A DNA stretch of 64,000 nucleotides from Bilabrum cf. latius (Eukaryota), in contig OZ237739.1 of the NCBI GenBank assembly GCA_965178125.1, positions 62,001-126,000 on the forward strand, read 5' to 3'. Of this stretch, positions 12,995 through 26,136 are shown piece by piece. The translations under genes and the position numbers were made by a program. The first letter of the stretch is position 1; each line of letters begins with the position of its first letter. The notes under the pieces were generated by a model. That model did no database searches. It saw nothing but the letters and a program-made list of their open reading frames with translations, and had not been told where the DNA came from.

Positions 12995-15685
12995 ATGAAG
13001 CGTTATGCCCGGATCGTGCGTGTTCTGAGACGAAGTGCCCAGAAGATATCGCTGAGAGGGATTACAGGCCGGAAAACGTGCCGGATGTGCGCCCAATGCT
13101 CCCTGGCGAGACTGTCATCGCATCAACGCACTCTCTCGACGTCGGTTGCAAGGGCCACAAAAACAGGGGCCAGCGATGCAGTCCGCGACGAAGGGTATGA
13201 TCGTTTGTCCGACGTGCTTGTCGAGAAGGTGAGACATGAACGGGAGCTTGCCCGTGTTTGGTGCTCGCTGCCACATCACGACTTGAACAGGTAGACCAAG
13301 CCATCCGCCTGGTTTGTATTCCCTCCGCAGATCCGCCGTGACGGTCCAATGACATTGGCAGCGTACATGCGCGAGGCACTCACGCACCCGAAGTTCGGCT
13401 ACTACACGCGGAGGGCGCACGTGATCGGCCGCGAGGGCGACTTTGTGACCGCCCCCGAGCTTACCTCCCTCTTCGGCGAATCCATCGGCCTGTGGATACT
13501 GAGCCACTGGAAAGCGTGCGCAGAGCCCTCTTTGGTCCGCTTGGTGGAGCTGGGGCCCGGCCGCGGTACCCTCATGCGCGACGTGCTGGCAGTGCTTCGG
13601 CTCTGCCGGCCTCTGTACCAGGCCCTGTGCGTGCACATGGTGGAGGTCTCCCCTGTGCTGCGGGAGAGGCAGAGACAGGCACTGGAGGCCGTCCCCTTGC
13701 CCCGGGCAGAGGGCGAGCGAGACCTGCAGGAGCGCGGCATGAGGGCGGACCCCTCGCTGGAGGCCGCCTCGCTGCCCCCCATGGGACCCTCCGAGAGGAC
13801 GGGGGACGCAGAGGTGGACAAAGTGTGGGAGCAGGTCAGGTTCGCCAGCCCGGGACCGGGCCCCAGCGCCTCTAGCCCGGGGCTGCCGTCCCCCTCCAGC
13901 ACAGGGGCAGTCGCAGCCGCTGCCGCCAAAGAGCCCATGTACGCGATGGCGCTGTCCGACGGGCCCACCGTGACGTGGCACAGGCAGCTGTCCAGTGTGC
14001 CGTCGCACGGATGGGCCGTGCACGTGGCCCACGAGCTGTTCGACGCGCTGCCCGCGCACCAGATCCTCAAGACAACCGAGGGCTGGAGGGAGGTGCTCGT
14101 GGCCGAGAGGGAGACCGGCGCTGTGACGAGTGCGCCCGATGGGTATGTGACGAGTGCGGAGGAGGAGGCCAGGCTGCTCGGGCTGGGCAGCTGGGACCGG
14201 GCGCGGGCGGGTCCGGGAGCCCCCTCCCCCCGCAGCTTTGACGAGTGGGGCGGGGCGCACCAGCTGGACCTGGACCTGGGGCGCAGGGCGGGCGCCTCTG
14301 TGGAGGACGGGGCGAGGGACCGAAGCCCGTACGAGGGGAAGGAGGAGAAGGGTGGTGGATCGGATCGGGAGGGCCCCAGGACGCTGCGCATGGTGCTGAG
14401 CTCGGAGGAGACCCCCGCGGTGCGGTTCTTCAGGGGGGGGCAGTCGGGGGGCAGTCGGCTGGGGGGTGCCCTTGGGCTGGACGAGGAGCAGGTGGAGCAG
14501 CTGACCAGGGAAGCGGAGCAGGACGATGGTTCGGAGGGCGGGACAGGGGGGCAGGGCAAGCTGCCGAGCGTTGGGAGGGTGCCTGCCTCTGTCCGCGCGC
14601 TGGCTGCCACTGAGCTCAACCGGCCCTCGCTGGAGGAGGCAGTGAGGGGCATGGGCAAGGGGGATGCGGAGGGGCCCACGGAGCGGGTGGGTGAAGGCGA
14701 AGCGGAGCAAAGGGCCGAGTCGAAAGCGTCCATGGATATTCCGGATGAACTGCCGGTGCCTCCTCTATTCAGAGACCTCAAACCGATCGTGGAGGATAAG
14801 GAGGGGGATGCTCGCAGTGGGAGCATTGACACGGAACACAATGATGGAGGGTCGGAGCAGAAGGAGGGCCAGGACCAGGACGAGGTGGGCCGCTTGCTGA
14901 AGGAGCTCGGGGGCAAGCTCAGGGACCACGGGGCCATGGGGACGCCCGATGCCAGGGAACAAGCGGGGGAACAAGGGACAGGGAGGAGCAGTGCCGAGGG
15001 CGAGGAGGAAGAGAAAGAGGGCGAGGGCGCAGGCACAGACCCCATGGAGCGGTGGATGCAAGCGGCCCCGGTGGGCACCCGCGTGGAGTACTCGCCCTCT
15101 GCAGCGGCTCTGGCCCACGAGCTGGCGGTGCGGGTGGCCGTGACCCGGGGTCTGGCGCTGGTGGTGGACTACGGGCACGACAGGGCCTCTGCCCACAGCC
15201 TCCGGGGGATCCGGAATCACGCCTTTACCCACCCCCTGGAGCGGCCGGGGGACTCGGACGTGACCGTGGACGTGGACTTCAGGGCGGTGAGGCACGCCGC
15301 CGAGGCCGCCGGTCCCGGGGTGCGGGTGACCGGGCCCATGGACCAGAGCGAGTTCTTGCAGCGGATGGCGATCGTGGAGAGGGCGCAGAGTGCGCTGGCG
15401 GGGAGGCTTAAGGCCGAGCAGCAGGCGGGGGGGTCGGGGGAGGAGACGGAGGAGCTGCGGGTGAAGCTGGAGGCGGCGCTGCGGCGGCTGCTGCACCCCG
15501 GTGAGATGGGCTCGCTGTACAAGATGCTGGCCATCAGCAGCGCGGGGGCGCCGGTGCCCACCCCGTTCGAGCACTCTCTGAGTCCCGAGGAGAGGCGGAG
15601 GGTGGAGCGTGAGATCGTTGAGGAGCAGGAGAAGATCAGGAGGAGGATGCCGGCGGGCGCGGGGCCGCCCATGCCGGATTTCTGA
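12995..15685 (+). CDS. NDUFAF7: NDUFAF7/MidA mitochondrial arginine methyltransferase (~862 aa, with large insertions)
   Basis: Exons 12995-13228 and 13331-15685; splicing gives LSDVLVEK/IRRDGPMTLAAYM. Motifs GDFVTAPE, LVELGPGRGTL, AHELFDALP, VDYG, DVTVDVDF, MGSLYK. Arg-rich transit-like N-terminus; ends TGA; no TAG in exons. Confidence 0.9.
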
Positions 15686-15941
15686 TCGAGGGCTTGGGCA
15701 ATGCAGGGGTGCTGCCAAGTGGGCGCACTTGCCTGCCGATGTTGTATCGAGGGACGACCTTACGCTGCTGCTTGGTATTGTTGAAATTCAACGTCTGGTC
15801 GGCGCGTCAAGCTGGCCCAAATCTCGGACATTTCTTGAGAGTTCCTGAATGTTCCTGGGAGCTGCCAGGCGGTTTCCTATGCCAGCAGACGCACGTGTGG
15901 CTGTTCAGCCTTAGAGCAAATATTTGCGACAATCGAGCCGC

Positions 15942-18322
15942 ATGGCAGAAGTGGAAGTATTCGGGGAACCAACTGAGGAGGAGCGCGCGGCTGCCTAGCA
16001 ACGAAGACGGCAGCGATAGCGAAGCGCGGCACGCGCTGCTCTCTGGTCTCCGCAGGAAGTCCGCTCAGTCGTTCCAACCAAGACTGTTGAAGTGCAAACG
16101 AGATAGCTGCATCAAGATGCTTGGGCATCAGCTGCTGTTCTTGCAGTTGGCTGTCTTGCAGCGTTCTCTGCTGCTCTGCAATTAGGGGCAGTTGGGGCGT
16201 CGGACTGGAGCGGTGCGACTTGCACGGTCGTCGCTGGCTCTGTTGATTCAGGAGGCACGTGTGACAGGCTATAGCTGGAATCTTCGGCTGGTTCAGCGCA
16301 TTCCATAAACGATATCGCACTTGAGCTGGGACAAGTTCCCTCAAGCGGCGCCGGGTGCTCATCGCTCGTCGGGCAGGCCTTCTCTTGCTTCACGAACGAT
16401 TTAGAAGACGCTGCGTGTGTAGGAGACACAAAACCGGACCCTGTTCATAGATATGTGTAAGGCACTCCTATATTCAGCCTATCACAACCTTAGCCGTGGA
16501 TGAAAGCCGCGGTCGACACCATCACGCCCACATCTAGCTCCTTGCCACTCGCAGGTCATCAAGCCTCGCAATCGGCATCGGTATCACCGTAGCCATCGCA
16601 TCCGGCCTCCCGCTCCTGCTCTGGGGCGTGCGATATTGCATGCACAACCCAGAGCTGCCGTACGCCTGGGCGTACAGGTCCTACTGGGCCTCCGTGTGGG
16701 TGCTCGCCTTCCTCGGAGCGGGCGCGCTGGCTATCGCCGTCGCGGCCATGCTCGTCCCCGCCCTGGGCGACGTGCGGTCCACCCAGTGCGTCATCACAGA
16801 AGTGGAGCCCATGGCCGGTGCGAGCGGCTCAGTGTGCTCCTCCGTGCTCCGCGTGGGTGCCCTCGGCCTGGACCGGCACGGGGTCCTCCTCGATGGGGTC
16901 GAGGGGCTCTCGGCCAGCGCCGTGTCCCGCTGCACCCCGGGCACGTCCTCCCTCATCGGCACAGAGATCGACTGCTGGTACCGCCGCAGCCAGCACCGCG
17001 CGCAGGAGTGGAGGCCCCCTCGCTACCCGGAGGCCTGTCCCTCGTACGGGGCCCAAGTGTCCGACCGCAGGGGGCGCTTCTACGGCGAGCTGTGGACCAG
17101 CCGGGCCGGGGCCCCTCAGAGCTACGACGAACTGGAGCAGCTGCTTCTGGGGATTGGTGGCTTGCTGGGGGCCTGCATCGTGGCGCCCGCCCTGCTGCTG
17201 TACCCCATCTCGGAGGCCGTGCAGAGCGGCAGGGTGTGCCGCTGCTGCTGCGGGGACGAAGAGGAGGCAGACCCTGACCCCGATGCGGGGCCAGGGAGCG
17301 CTGCGGGGACCCCGCGAGGCAGGCACAGGGGAGTGGCCGGTGGGGATGAGGGTGACGAGGACGGCAGCGAGGAGGGGGACGTGCAGGCGAGGGCAGAGCG
17401 GGAGGACGCCGCGCTGGCGAGGGCCCTTCAGGACGCGGGGCCGGAGGCCGACTTCGAGCAGATCATGCGGCAGGTGAGGACTCAGCTGCAGGCGGACCGG
17501 GAGCAGCGGCGGCGTGCGATGGCAGCCAGGGCGGCGCTTGCGGGCCGGGGCTCGGGTGAGAGGAGGAGGGGGAGGAGGGGGGGGAATCCACAGGACGCGA
17601 GGCACAGGCTCCGGGGGGTCCTGTGGGATGCAGACTCGGTGCGGAGCGCGGATCCAGTGGCGCAGGTGTCGGAGCGGTCGCTACCTGGCGAGGAGGAGGG
17701 GGGGCACTCTGGGCGAGATCCTGGGGGTGTTGGCGGGGATGTGGATGGGGATGGGGATGGGCAGGGGCAGGGGCACGCAGTTGTGCTCGTGGGTGCTGGC
17801 GGGGGTTCGGATGAATCTGGTGGGGGTGGCGCTGATGGTGTGGGTGTGGAGCTGGCATGGCGCGGCGGTGCTACAAGGGGGCCAGATGCAGAAGTGATCG
17901 AAGGGGGTGGCACCGGTGAGGAAGGTGGACTGGATGGTAGATCTAGTCTGGCACCAGGCACAACCGCCGCTCCTCCTGTGTCCGTCAGCCACACTGGGTC
18001 TCGGGGCAGCTTGGACGATGAGGAGTTACCCGAGGGGTTGCAGGCCGGTAGAGATAATGTTGCGGGCCGTGCAGGCGCAAGGGGCGGGGAACAAGGTGAT
18101 GGGAGCCCTGCTGGCTCCGAGTCGTCTGCAGGTGGAGGAACCACACCGGGAGGGGATGGAGGTGGGGGCATGCCAGACGATGATGCCGGGAGGCAGGACG
18201 GGCCCTGGTCTGCCCTTGTGTCAACTGCTCCAGTGGCGCAGGGAGAAGGAGGAGGTGATGGCGGGATAGCGCCAGGGGCAGCGGGCCCGCCGCCTGCTTA
18301 CGAGGCGCCAGAGGAGGCGTGA
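15942..18322 (+). CDS. Multi-pass membrane protein with two tandem TM/Cys-loop/TM modules (~760 aa)
   Basis: Exon 15942-16456 (TAG at 15996, 16017, 16104, 16272; absent from the ORF track), intron 16457-16554 (GTAAGG..CGCAG), exon 16555-18322 ending TGA. Four hydrophobic segments. Confidence 0.7.
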
Positions 18323-18585
18323 GAGGTCGTTCTAGATGGCGAGGGTTGCGAAGTTGATACGCCGGGCGGCACACACGGTGGGGCAGGCTTGGACTTAGTG
18401 GGCGCATCAATCCATGATGAATGGCGTCAGGGTGCCGTGCGATGGTGGGCATGCGATGGTGGGCATGCCAGGGCCCTCTGGCTTGGCTTGTCTTGCGATG
18501 GACACGAATGTTGTACTGTATACTAAACGCTTGTGGCAGCGGATCATGCCTTGATAACAGGTGCACCGCATTACACTGCCTAGCC

Positions 18586-20451
18586 TCACGCCTCCCTGTC
18601 TTTGGGCCCCGCCTCGAGCAGCAAATCGCTCGCGTACCACCTCAGCTCCAGCACGTCCCAGCCCCCGAGCCCGTGCACCACCACCACGTTCAACACAAGG
18701 TACGCAAGCACGTGGATGCGGGCCGCGTGACCCAGCCAGCCCGGGCCGGCGCACACGAGGTACAGGTACCCCGAGCCCAGGAGCAGCAGCCCCACCACAG
18801 TGGCAACTCTCCACACAGTCAGCCCGGAGCCAGCTCGCGACCCAGCCTTCTCTCCATCACGTTCACGTTCAATCTCACTTTCACCGCTGCCCGCACCTTT
18901 TTCTCCGCCCTGACTCGAGCCGCCCTCCACCTCGATTCCCCCGTCCTCACGCACCCCCAGTGCCTTGAGGATCCTGTCGCTCTCTTCTACAACCAATGCA
19001 TCTGTCGGAATGCGAGCCTACCCCGCTGCCGAACGGTCACTAGCCCCCGCCAGTCGTGTCCCCTAGCCCCCGCTTGCCTCCCCTCCTTCCTGCTCTTGTT
19101 CTTCGAATGCGGGCCACTCGTCTGCGTCATCCTCCAGTGACTGCCTGCACACCGACTCGCACACCTAATCCTTGCGAGACCAAGCCCGCATCAACCACGC
19201 CTCCAGGCCCTCCCCGACATTGCCCAGTTGTGGAGGCCTGCGCTCGCCCCCTCCACTCCCCCCGTCGCTCTGCGCACCCCGGCTGCCGCTCGACCCCTCG
19301 CCCCGTTCTCCGACCCTCGGGTCGTCCTCCTCGCCCTCGCCCTCGTCCTCATCGCCGCTCTCGTGCAGGCGCTGCTCCCACGGGCCACCAAACACCCCTG
19401 GCTCCAGCTTGGCAAGTGCCACGAGACCGCCGTCCGCCTGTTGTTCCCCGCTGAGCCCCCTAAGCCGCATCACGGCACAGGACGGGCATGCACCCTGCAG
19501 GACGGCGGAGGCCTCCGTGCGCGGCATCACCCCGCGGTAGCACATGGTGGTGTCCAGCACCCGCACGCCGGAGCCAGGGGCCTGGGCCTGTCCCGCCACC
19601 CGCAGCGCCGCCCCCTCTTGCGCCCCAGTGCCCCGCACAGGGACGAGGTGAGGCCCCGCCGCCGCACGCAGCAGGGCAGCGATGCCCCTCCTGCGAGGGA
19701 GCAGCGAGCGGCAGGGGAAGCCTGGGTGCAGCCCGAGCCGGCTGACCACCTGTTTCTCGCTGGCCTTAGCTCGTGCGGATTCCACCTTTCTGCGGTGCGC
19801 ATCGGTTCCCTCTGGGAATATGAGCCACACGGCGCGCTGGACGGGGGCCTCTGCCAGCCGCTCGTCCCGGTACACGCAGGCCGCAAAGGATCGCGCTGCC
19901 GATGAAAGCACCCCGCCCTTTGGCCCGGCGCCGAGTGCCTACCGAGCTACGTGCGCGCTCATTGCTGCCAAATGGTGCTTATCTTGCTCAAAATTCCGCC
20001 TCAAGAAGAGGTAATTATTCTGTTGCATGAACCAGCCTAGCAAAGGCGCCTTCTTGAGCTCCCCTTTCAGCACAATCCTGAGTTCAGGAAGCGATGCGCC
20101 AGGCGGACAATCGTTCATAGCCATGGATGCCCACACGTACATCCAATCCAGCCGCGTCGGGTGGTTGCACAGGAGTACCGATACACCGGGCGCATCGTCG
20201 TCCAGTCCCTCGAGAAGATCGGGGCTTGCCACCAAAGTAAGGTCAGTGCGCAGACAAAGCTGAATCAAGCATGCGCATCCAACACAAAATACTGTCTGGA
20301 TGGCACCTAGCAGCAACCTGTAGGCCGGGAGTTCGCCAAGCAATAGCAAGGGATAGCTGAACGGCGTAAGAAACGCACAGCAGGCAACAGCAACGATAAA
20401 CACACCGAGTACGAACGCAACGCGAGCAAAGATGGACACACGTGCTACCAT
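18586..20451 (-). CDS. Lysophospholipid acyltransferase, LCLAT1/AGPAT family (~621 aa)
   Basis: NHPTRLDW (NHxxxxD), IVLKGELKKAPLLGWFMQ..YLFLRR, IFPEGTD, C-terminal TM helices. In-frame TAG at 19939, 19165, 19063, 19018; ends TGA. Confidence 0.85.
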
Positions 20452-20673
20452 CAAGCTGTATTGTGGAATTCTACGAGAACGATGGGCTATATCATCGTGG
20501 TTAGATACGTACGTTGAATTCGGAGCAGCTGCTGGTGTTAAAGCTCGTTTCTTTCTACACTCATCAAACACAAAACCAAGGATGCCAAAACCTGCTCATT
20601 AACCTAAGCTCGAGCGCTGGGTAGCCTTATGTCGGGGTCAGCGGTGTGCGAGAACTCTTGCTCGTGGCATACT

Positions 20674-21279
20674 TTACAGCGCCGCCTCTAGAGCGCTAGC
20701 GACGGCCTTGCTCTTGAGCGCCATATCCTCCATCCGACGAGTCTACTTGGAGGCTAACTCTTGCATAGTGGATTCCTCCAGCAGAGCTAAGCACGACGGG
20801 CATCGCATCCTGCGACGAGATGCTCGAGCACCCACCAAACGAGCTGCACAAGCCACGTGCGCTACACCCTGGCAGCACGAGAATTCCATCAAATCGTACC
20901 TTCCGATTGAGTTATCTTGTAAACTCTGGCTGCCAGTTTTCAGCGAACAAGCGACGTCGACGGCAGCTCCAGAGTCCGAGAGCGGAAGCAGGCAAACGCA
21001 ACATTCGTTCGAATCCGAGGAATCAGACGCTGGAGAACCAATCTTGAGCGCTGGAGTAGATGGAACTGTTGCTGATTCTCTCGCTCCGTTGCCCGCCGCG
21101 CTTGCAATCGTGTGCGCGCGACTAACTTCAGAAGTGAGCATCTGCGCAGATCGGCCTCCAACTGCAAGTGCGGCTTGATCGTAGCCATGTGCCAATTCAC
21201 CGTGCACTGCACACCACCAATCACTCGAGAATCTTTCTTCCCCACGATCGGGGGCAGCTAGACCTTGAGTCCTCTCCAT
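20674..21279 (-). CDS. Small RING-variant zinc-finger protein
   Basis: CCVC...CCQGVAHVAC...CPSC pattern; TAG at 20743 read through; then TAA at 20674-20676, or TGA at 20638-20640 if TAA is also sense. Confidence 0.6.
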
Positions 21280-21513
21280 CTAGCAGTAAGCTGTGCGCGG
21301 ATTTGCTAGCCGAGCACGCCATGGAGACTGGTTGGAAGTGGTCGCAACTCTGCCGAAAGGGCAACTACATGGGAACCTATATCATTTGAGTGCATTCTGC
21401 ATTAAACATGCCCAACTATGATACGTGTGTGCTGGCAACCCGCGCAGTAGCGTCGCGGCATGCGGATGGCCGCACTCTGTCAAGCAGCCCGAAGCATCTG
21501 CCCGCTTCTTGGC

Positions 21514-23261
21514 TCACTTCAGAGCGAGCGAAAGAGCAGACCCCGATGCTATTCCTACCTGCAAGATAAGTCCCATCAAGAAACCCACCTTCTCTCTGTC
21601 CACCGGGTCCACCATCCGCGGTGCATACGCGAAAGCGAGCGTAGACACGTATCCGTTCGAAAGCGCAAAGACGAGCATCAGCACCAGGGTCCACGGGTCC
21701 GACGACACAACAGGGAGTGCCCTGGCCGCCACGATCCACAGAGGGACGAAGACGATCCTCGCCAGAGAGGCCCACGGCAGCGTCTGGCGAGAGACGCAGG
21801 TGAGCACCGCGGGCAGCGAGCGCCCGGTCGTGTCCCCGATCTGGAAGGCGGTCAGCAGCACCACGGGCCACCAGTCCGCCTTGCTCAGCCCGGGAAGTCC
21901 CACTGTTCCCTCGTACTTGACGGCCACCACCTCCCCGGGGAACACAAAGAACGTCGCGGTGAACACGAACCCAATGGCGAACATCATGGGCCACACCACC
22001 TTGGACACCCGCAGCAGCGCCGTCAGCCTGCCCCCGCAGGACGAGTCCTCCCCCTATCCCTGTCCCTGCTCGCCCCCGGCGCCCAGCAGAGCGTTCGCTT
22101 CCGTCGGCTGCCGGGGCGCAGAGGCCGAGGCAGGCGGGGGCGCCGCCACTCCGTCCAATCCCGCGTCTCCATCCTCATCGTCCCTGCCCCTCTCCCGCTC
22201 CTTGTACTCTTGCATGGAAAATCCACCCGGGGAATCCAGTCCGTTGATGCGGCGAGCGCTCCCCAGCTGGGACCGCCTGCGCGAAGAAGCAGCCCCAGCC
22301 CCAGCTGCGCCCCCCTCCCGTTCCATCTCCCCCTCGAGCAGAGGTGAGGCCATGGGCGACTTTGCCCTTCTCCCTGCCTGCTCATCGGTGCCATTCGCAG
22401 CTCCTTCCTTGCTATTGTTCTCTTCTGCCGCCCTCCTGTTCTCCACCTCGTCCAGGAATCGCCTGGAGAAGGGCATGGACACGAGCCAGAGGTAGCACGC
22501 GGAGCACACGAGCAGCACCACCCCCGCGGTGATGAAGTAGATGATGGCGCTCTCCTTGTGCTGGGTGGGGAGCGCGATCTTGGTGGCGATCCGCAGGATG
22601 GAAGCCAGGATGCCGGCCACTCCCTGCCCACTCATGAGCCCCGTGTTATAGATCTACGGGTAGAGGCTGCTGAGCCCAAACAGAGACGGCTGCTGGATGC
22701 TCGTGCACACCCCGATGAACAGAACCGTCCCGATCGTAACCCAAACCCCGTAATGCGCGTAGAAGGGAAGCAGCACCAGCACGATAGCCTGTCCGATAAA
22801 GGTGCTCAGGATGCGTGCGCCGAACGAAAAGTTTTCCCCGACGACCATCACCACACCCAGCATGGGAAGTTGGGGGTAAATGTACGCCACAGACAAGAAA
22901 AAAGATATGCCGCTACCAGGATACTCTTCCGTAAAGTAATCCAAACTGCGAAAAATTGCAACAAAGTCGGCGCGTAGTAAATGTCACAAGAGTGTGTTTG
23001 TGCAGGCGCAAGCTTCAGGCTCAAAAAGGCTTGCAAAAGCCAGACTCACGCAAGAAGTACGATATTCCACGGCATCAGGAGCCCCAAACCGAGGATGGTC
23101 ATCAATACATACGCCGTGCAATTGAAGTCGGATGGTTTTGATATGTGGCTGCCATCGTCGTCTTCCAGTACGTCGCCGTGGTGCCCCAACGTCGGAGTTC
23201 GGGGAGGAAAATCTTTCTTATTTTCAAGTTTCTTCACCTCAGGTGAAATTGCGGCCTGCAT
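21514..23261 (-). CDS. Equilibrative nucleoside transporter, SLC29/ENT family (~547 aa)
   Basis: Exons 23261-23050 and 22945-21514; splicing restores LGLGLLMPWNIVLLA/LDYF. Motifs MSGQGVAG, FFVFPG, GDTTGR, LSNGY. TAG at 22654 and 22054; ends TGA. Confidence 0.9.
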
Positions 23262-23901
23262 TGCAAGGGTTCCTGTTGCGTTCAAGTGGTGCACCGGTTC
23301 GAGGCTCCCCTTCACTTGCGCTGCCTCACTCGCCTTGCGAGCAGAAAAGCGAGAGCGGGCTCAGGTCGCTTGGTTGGTAAATCGAAATTATTCGATACAA
23401 ACTTCACTGCGTAGTATGAACCTGCCTCGACCTGGCGTGACCCTTGACTTTTGGTGTCTGCCAAGTTTTCCAGAATAACACGCTACCCGCAGCCTCGAGG
23501 CTGAGGGCAATTTTGGCTTAGGGCCAGCGAAGCGACGGACGGTGACTTCACGACGCAAAGCTGACCCTGATGGGCGACCACTGTAAGCAAATCGATGAAC
23601 CCAGATTGATTACGCGCATGCAATTCACGATTCGAACCGCCTGTCCAGAGAGACCCAGCCCAGTCCACGCACCCTCTGGCACTGGCACGCCGGATGGACG
23701 GCACCAGTCGGAGCCTACCCATCGCTGAGACAACAGACTTCCGACCAAAGCGTGGCTGCAGCAGGCCGCTTCATGACTGCAATGGAGAGAGCGCCCAGCC
23801 CAGCCCAGCCCCGCGCCCTCCCCCTGGCTAGTACTACTAGTCGCACCCTGCCGTACGCCAGTGGCTCACGATCCCAGCAGTTCACACCCCTAGCAGATGT
23901 A

Positions 23902-24609
23902 TCACCAGCAACCGTCTTGCTTAGTCATCTTGACGGGCAGGTTCTGCGTGTTAAGCCCCATGGCCTCAGCGCGCTGGAAGAGGTTGTCCACGATGGACTG
24001 GGGCAGAGTGGGCTTCCGCGAAAGCACGTGAATGCAGTAGTTCGTACCCAGGTAACTCGCCCCGCAGTCGTACTCTACCGAAACATCGTGCTTGATCCCA
24101 GTGGAGTTGTCCACCATCGTCTCGAGGATGATGGCCGTGTAGTTAACCCCTGGCGGCGTGCCGAAGAAACTCTGCGGTAGAGGGGAGGGGCAGTGGGGGT
24201 GTGAGGACAAGACCAGTACCATCTCAGGTGGGATGAACCGCACAGACAACGCAGTTCGAACTCAATGTGGGGACACACTTCTTACCTCTTCCCATCGGCC
24301 TGGGGGGCCTTCATTCAGCAACGTGCCACTGGCGTTGATGACTTTCCCTTGCGGCGTCTTGTCCCTGCACACATTGTCTGCCCGATAGTTACCGTCCGCC
24401 TTTGGTACTACCTATATATTCGTGCAGACGCAGCTGGACTCGAAGATAGCTCCGCCCCAAGTCTGAATCTTTGCAATCTCGTACCACTAGCCTTGATACT
24501 TATCATTGGAAAATTCCTTGGCTGGAGCAGGATGGAGACATTGTCCCTGGGCACTTGCCCCTGTAGAGACAAAGACAATTCCTGCAACTGCACTGATTAG
24601 CGAGAGCAT
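23902..24609 (-). CDS. Secreted lipocalin (~197 aa)
   Basis: Signal peptide MLSLISAVAGIVFVSTGASA; lipocalin motif KYQG*WYEIAK (GxWY); C-terminal HVLSRKPTL. TAG at 24487 and 24412; intron 24172-24285; ends TGA. Confidence 0.85.
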
Positions 24610-24831
24610 GGCAGTTTGTGCTTCTGATCGAGAAGAATGGCGCGTGCGGGAATTGCATCAGCAGCGGCGTCATGTCGTCGTCACGCACCCGGCACGGCGT
24701 GGGCTGAAAGGAAGGGCAGAACGAAATCTGGCCTCCATCCAACGATAGGAGTTGGGAGCCACCCGCCATCAAGCCGCCCAGACACCGCCGCCCAAGCGCC
24801 CTGCCAACGCCAGCGGCATTCATCATTCCAC

Positions 24832-26136
24832 TCAGTGCAGCTCTGCGCTCCCCCTCGCCTCGTCCTCCAGCGCCCGCAGCTCGTCCTCCTTGATGCGAGC
24901 CCCCTTGGCCTTGCGACCCTCCTTGCCCCGCCGGTGCGCGGGCCTCCCTTGTTCCCTGCGCGTCCTCTTGGCCTCTCGCCTGGCGCGCGCCTTCTTCATC
25001 AGCTCGCTGTCCTCTTCCTCCTCTTCGTCCATTTCCTCCTCGCCCTGCGAATGTGCGTCTCTTCCGCCCCTTGCCTCTCGCCCGGCCTCATCCTCATACC
25101 CCCCGTCATCGTCCAAACCACCACCCTCGCTCTCCTCCTCAACCTCCCCCTCCCCCTCCCCCGCCTCCGCCTCTGCCTCCATCTCCGCCTCCTCGGCCGC
25201 CAGCTCCCCGTCCAGGGCCCGGGCCGCCTCCTCCGGGCTCACGTCCACCATACCTCCGTCCTCACCAGCATCTGCGCCCCCCCTGCTTCCCCCGGTGCCC
25301 GCGAGGAACAGCCGCAGCGCCTCCTCGTCCTCCGGGTGCAGCTCGACCTCCTCGGGGGCGCTGTGCAGCTTGCTCATCGCGGCAAAGTGCGTCTGCCAAG
25401 GAATGGACAGCCGGCTGACCGTCGTCACGCCGGCTAGCTTGCGCTTGATCGGGGTGAAGAGCATCGTGACGGCCTGCGGGTTTCGCTTCACCGAATTGGG
25501 GTCCGCCCTGCCGCTGAGGCCGACCATGCCGACGATCCTTTGCAGGATCACCTTGCGCGCCGCCTCCTGGACGCGGTACGGGCTGTCGGCGCGAGGTTTG
25601 GCAAACGCCACCGATACCTTGACCTGATGCCCTTTCTAGAGAAACTTTCGGGCCTGGTTCAGCTTGATGCTGAGGTCGTGCGACGTGATTCTAGCTTGGC
25701 ACCTGATTTCCTTCAGTTTTTTTGTGCCTTTCGACTTTGATTTCTCCTTCTTCTTTTGCTCGTACATAAATTTGCCTAGGTGCGAAATCTATGCTACGGG
25801 TAGGCCATCCACTCCGCTACTTTTCGAAACAAGCACGAGATTGAGCTTCTTGCTCTGGGCGATCGCAAGGGCTCGCTCGGTCGGCGTTTCGCCGAGGTTC
25901 TCCTTATCAGGTCCAAGAAGCAGCACGGATCTAAATGCCTTCACAACGTCCAGGTCTGCGAGCTGCTTCTTCTTGCCAGGCGCCCTTGAGGTGGCAAGCC
26001 TGGTGCCAAGTGCAAACTGATCTGGCAGGCGCGACGCCGATGCGAGCGGACCGAGCGATTGGACTGGCACGTACGGTCTTCGAGCAATACAATTTCTTGA
26101 GGGCAAGCACGAGCAAACCCTACGGAGAGCGCGCAT
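24832..26136 (-). CDS. MTIF3: Organellar (probably mitochondrial) translation initiation factor IF3 (~434 aa)
   Basis: Transit-like N-terminus; ENLGETPTERALAIAQSKKLNLVLVS, PVA*ISHLGKFMYEQKKK, HDLSIKLNQARKFL*KGHQVKV. TAG at 25789 and 25636; ends TGA. Confidence 0.85.

Noticed and set aside
23400-23560. snRNA suggested by an Sm-site-like AATTTTGG near 23509
   Set aside because: No U1, U2, U4 or U5 hallmark sequence is recognisable nearby.
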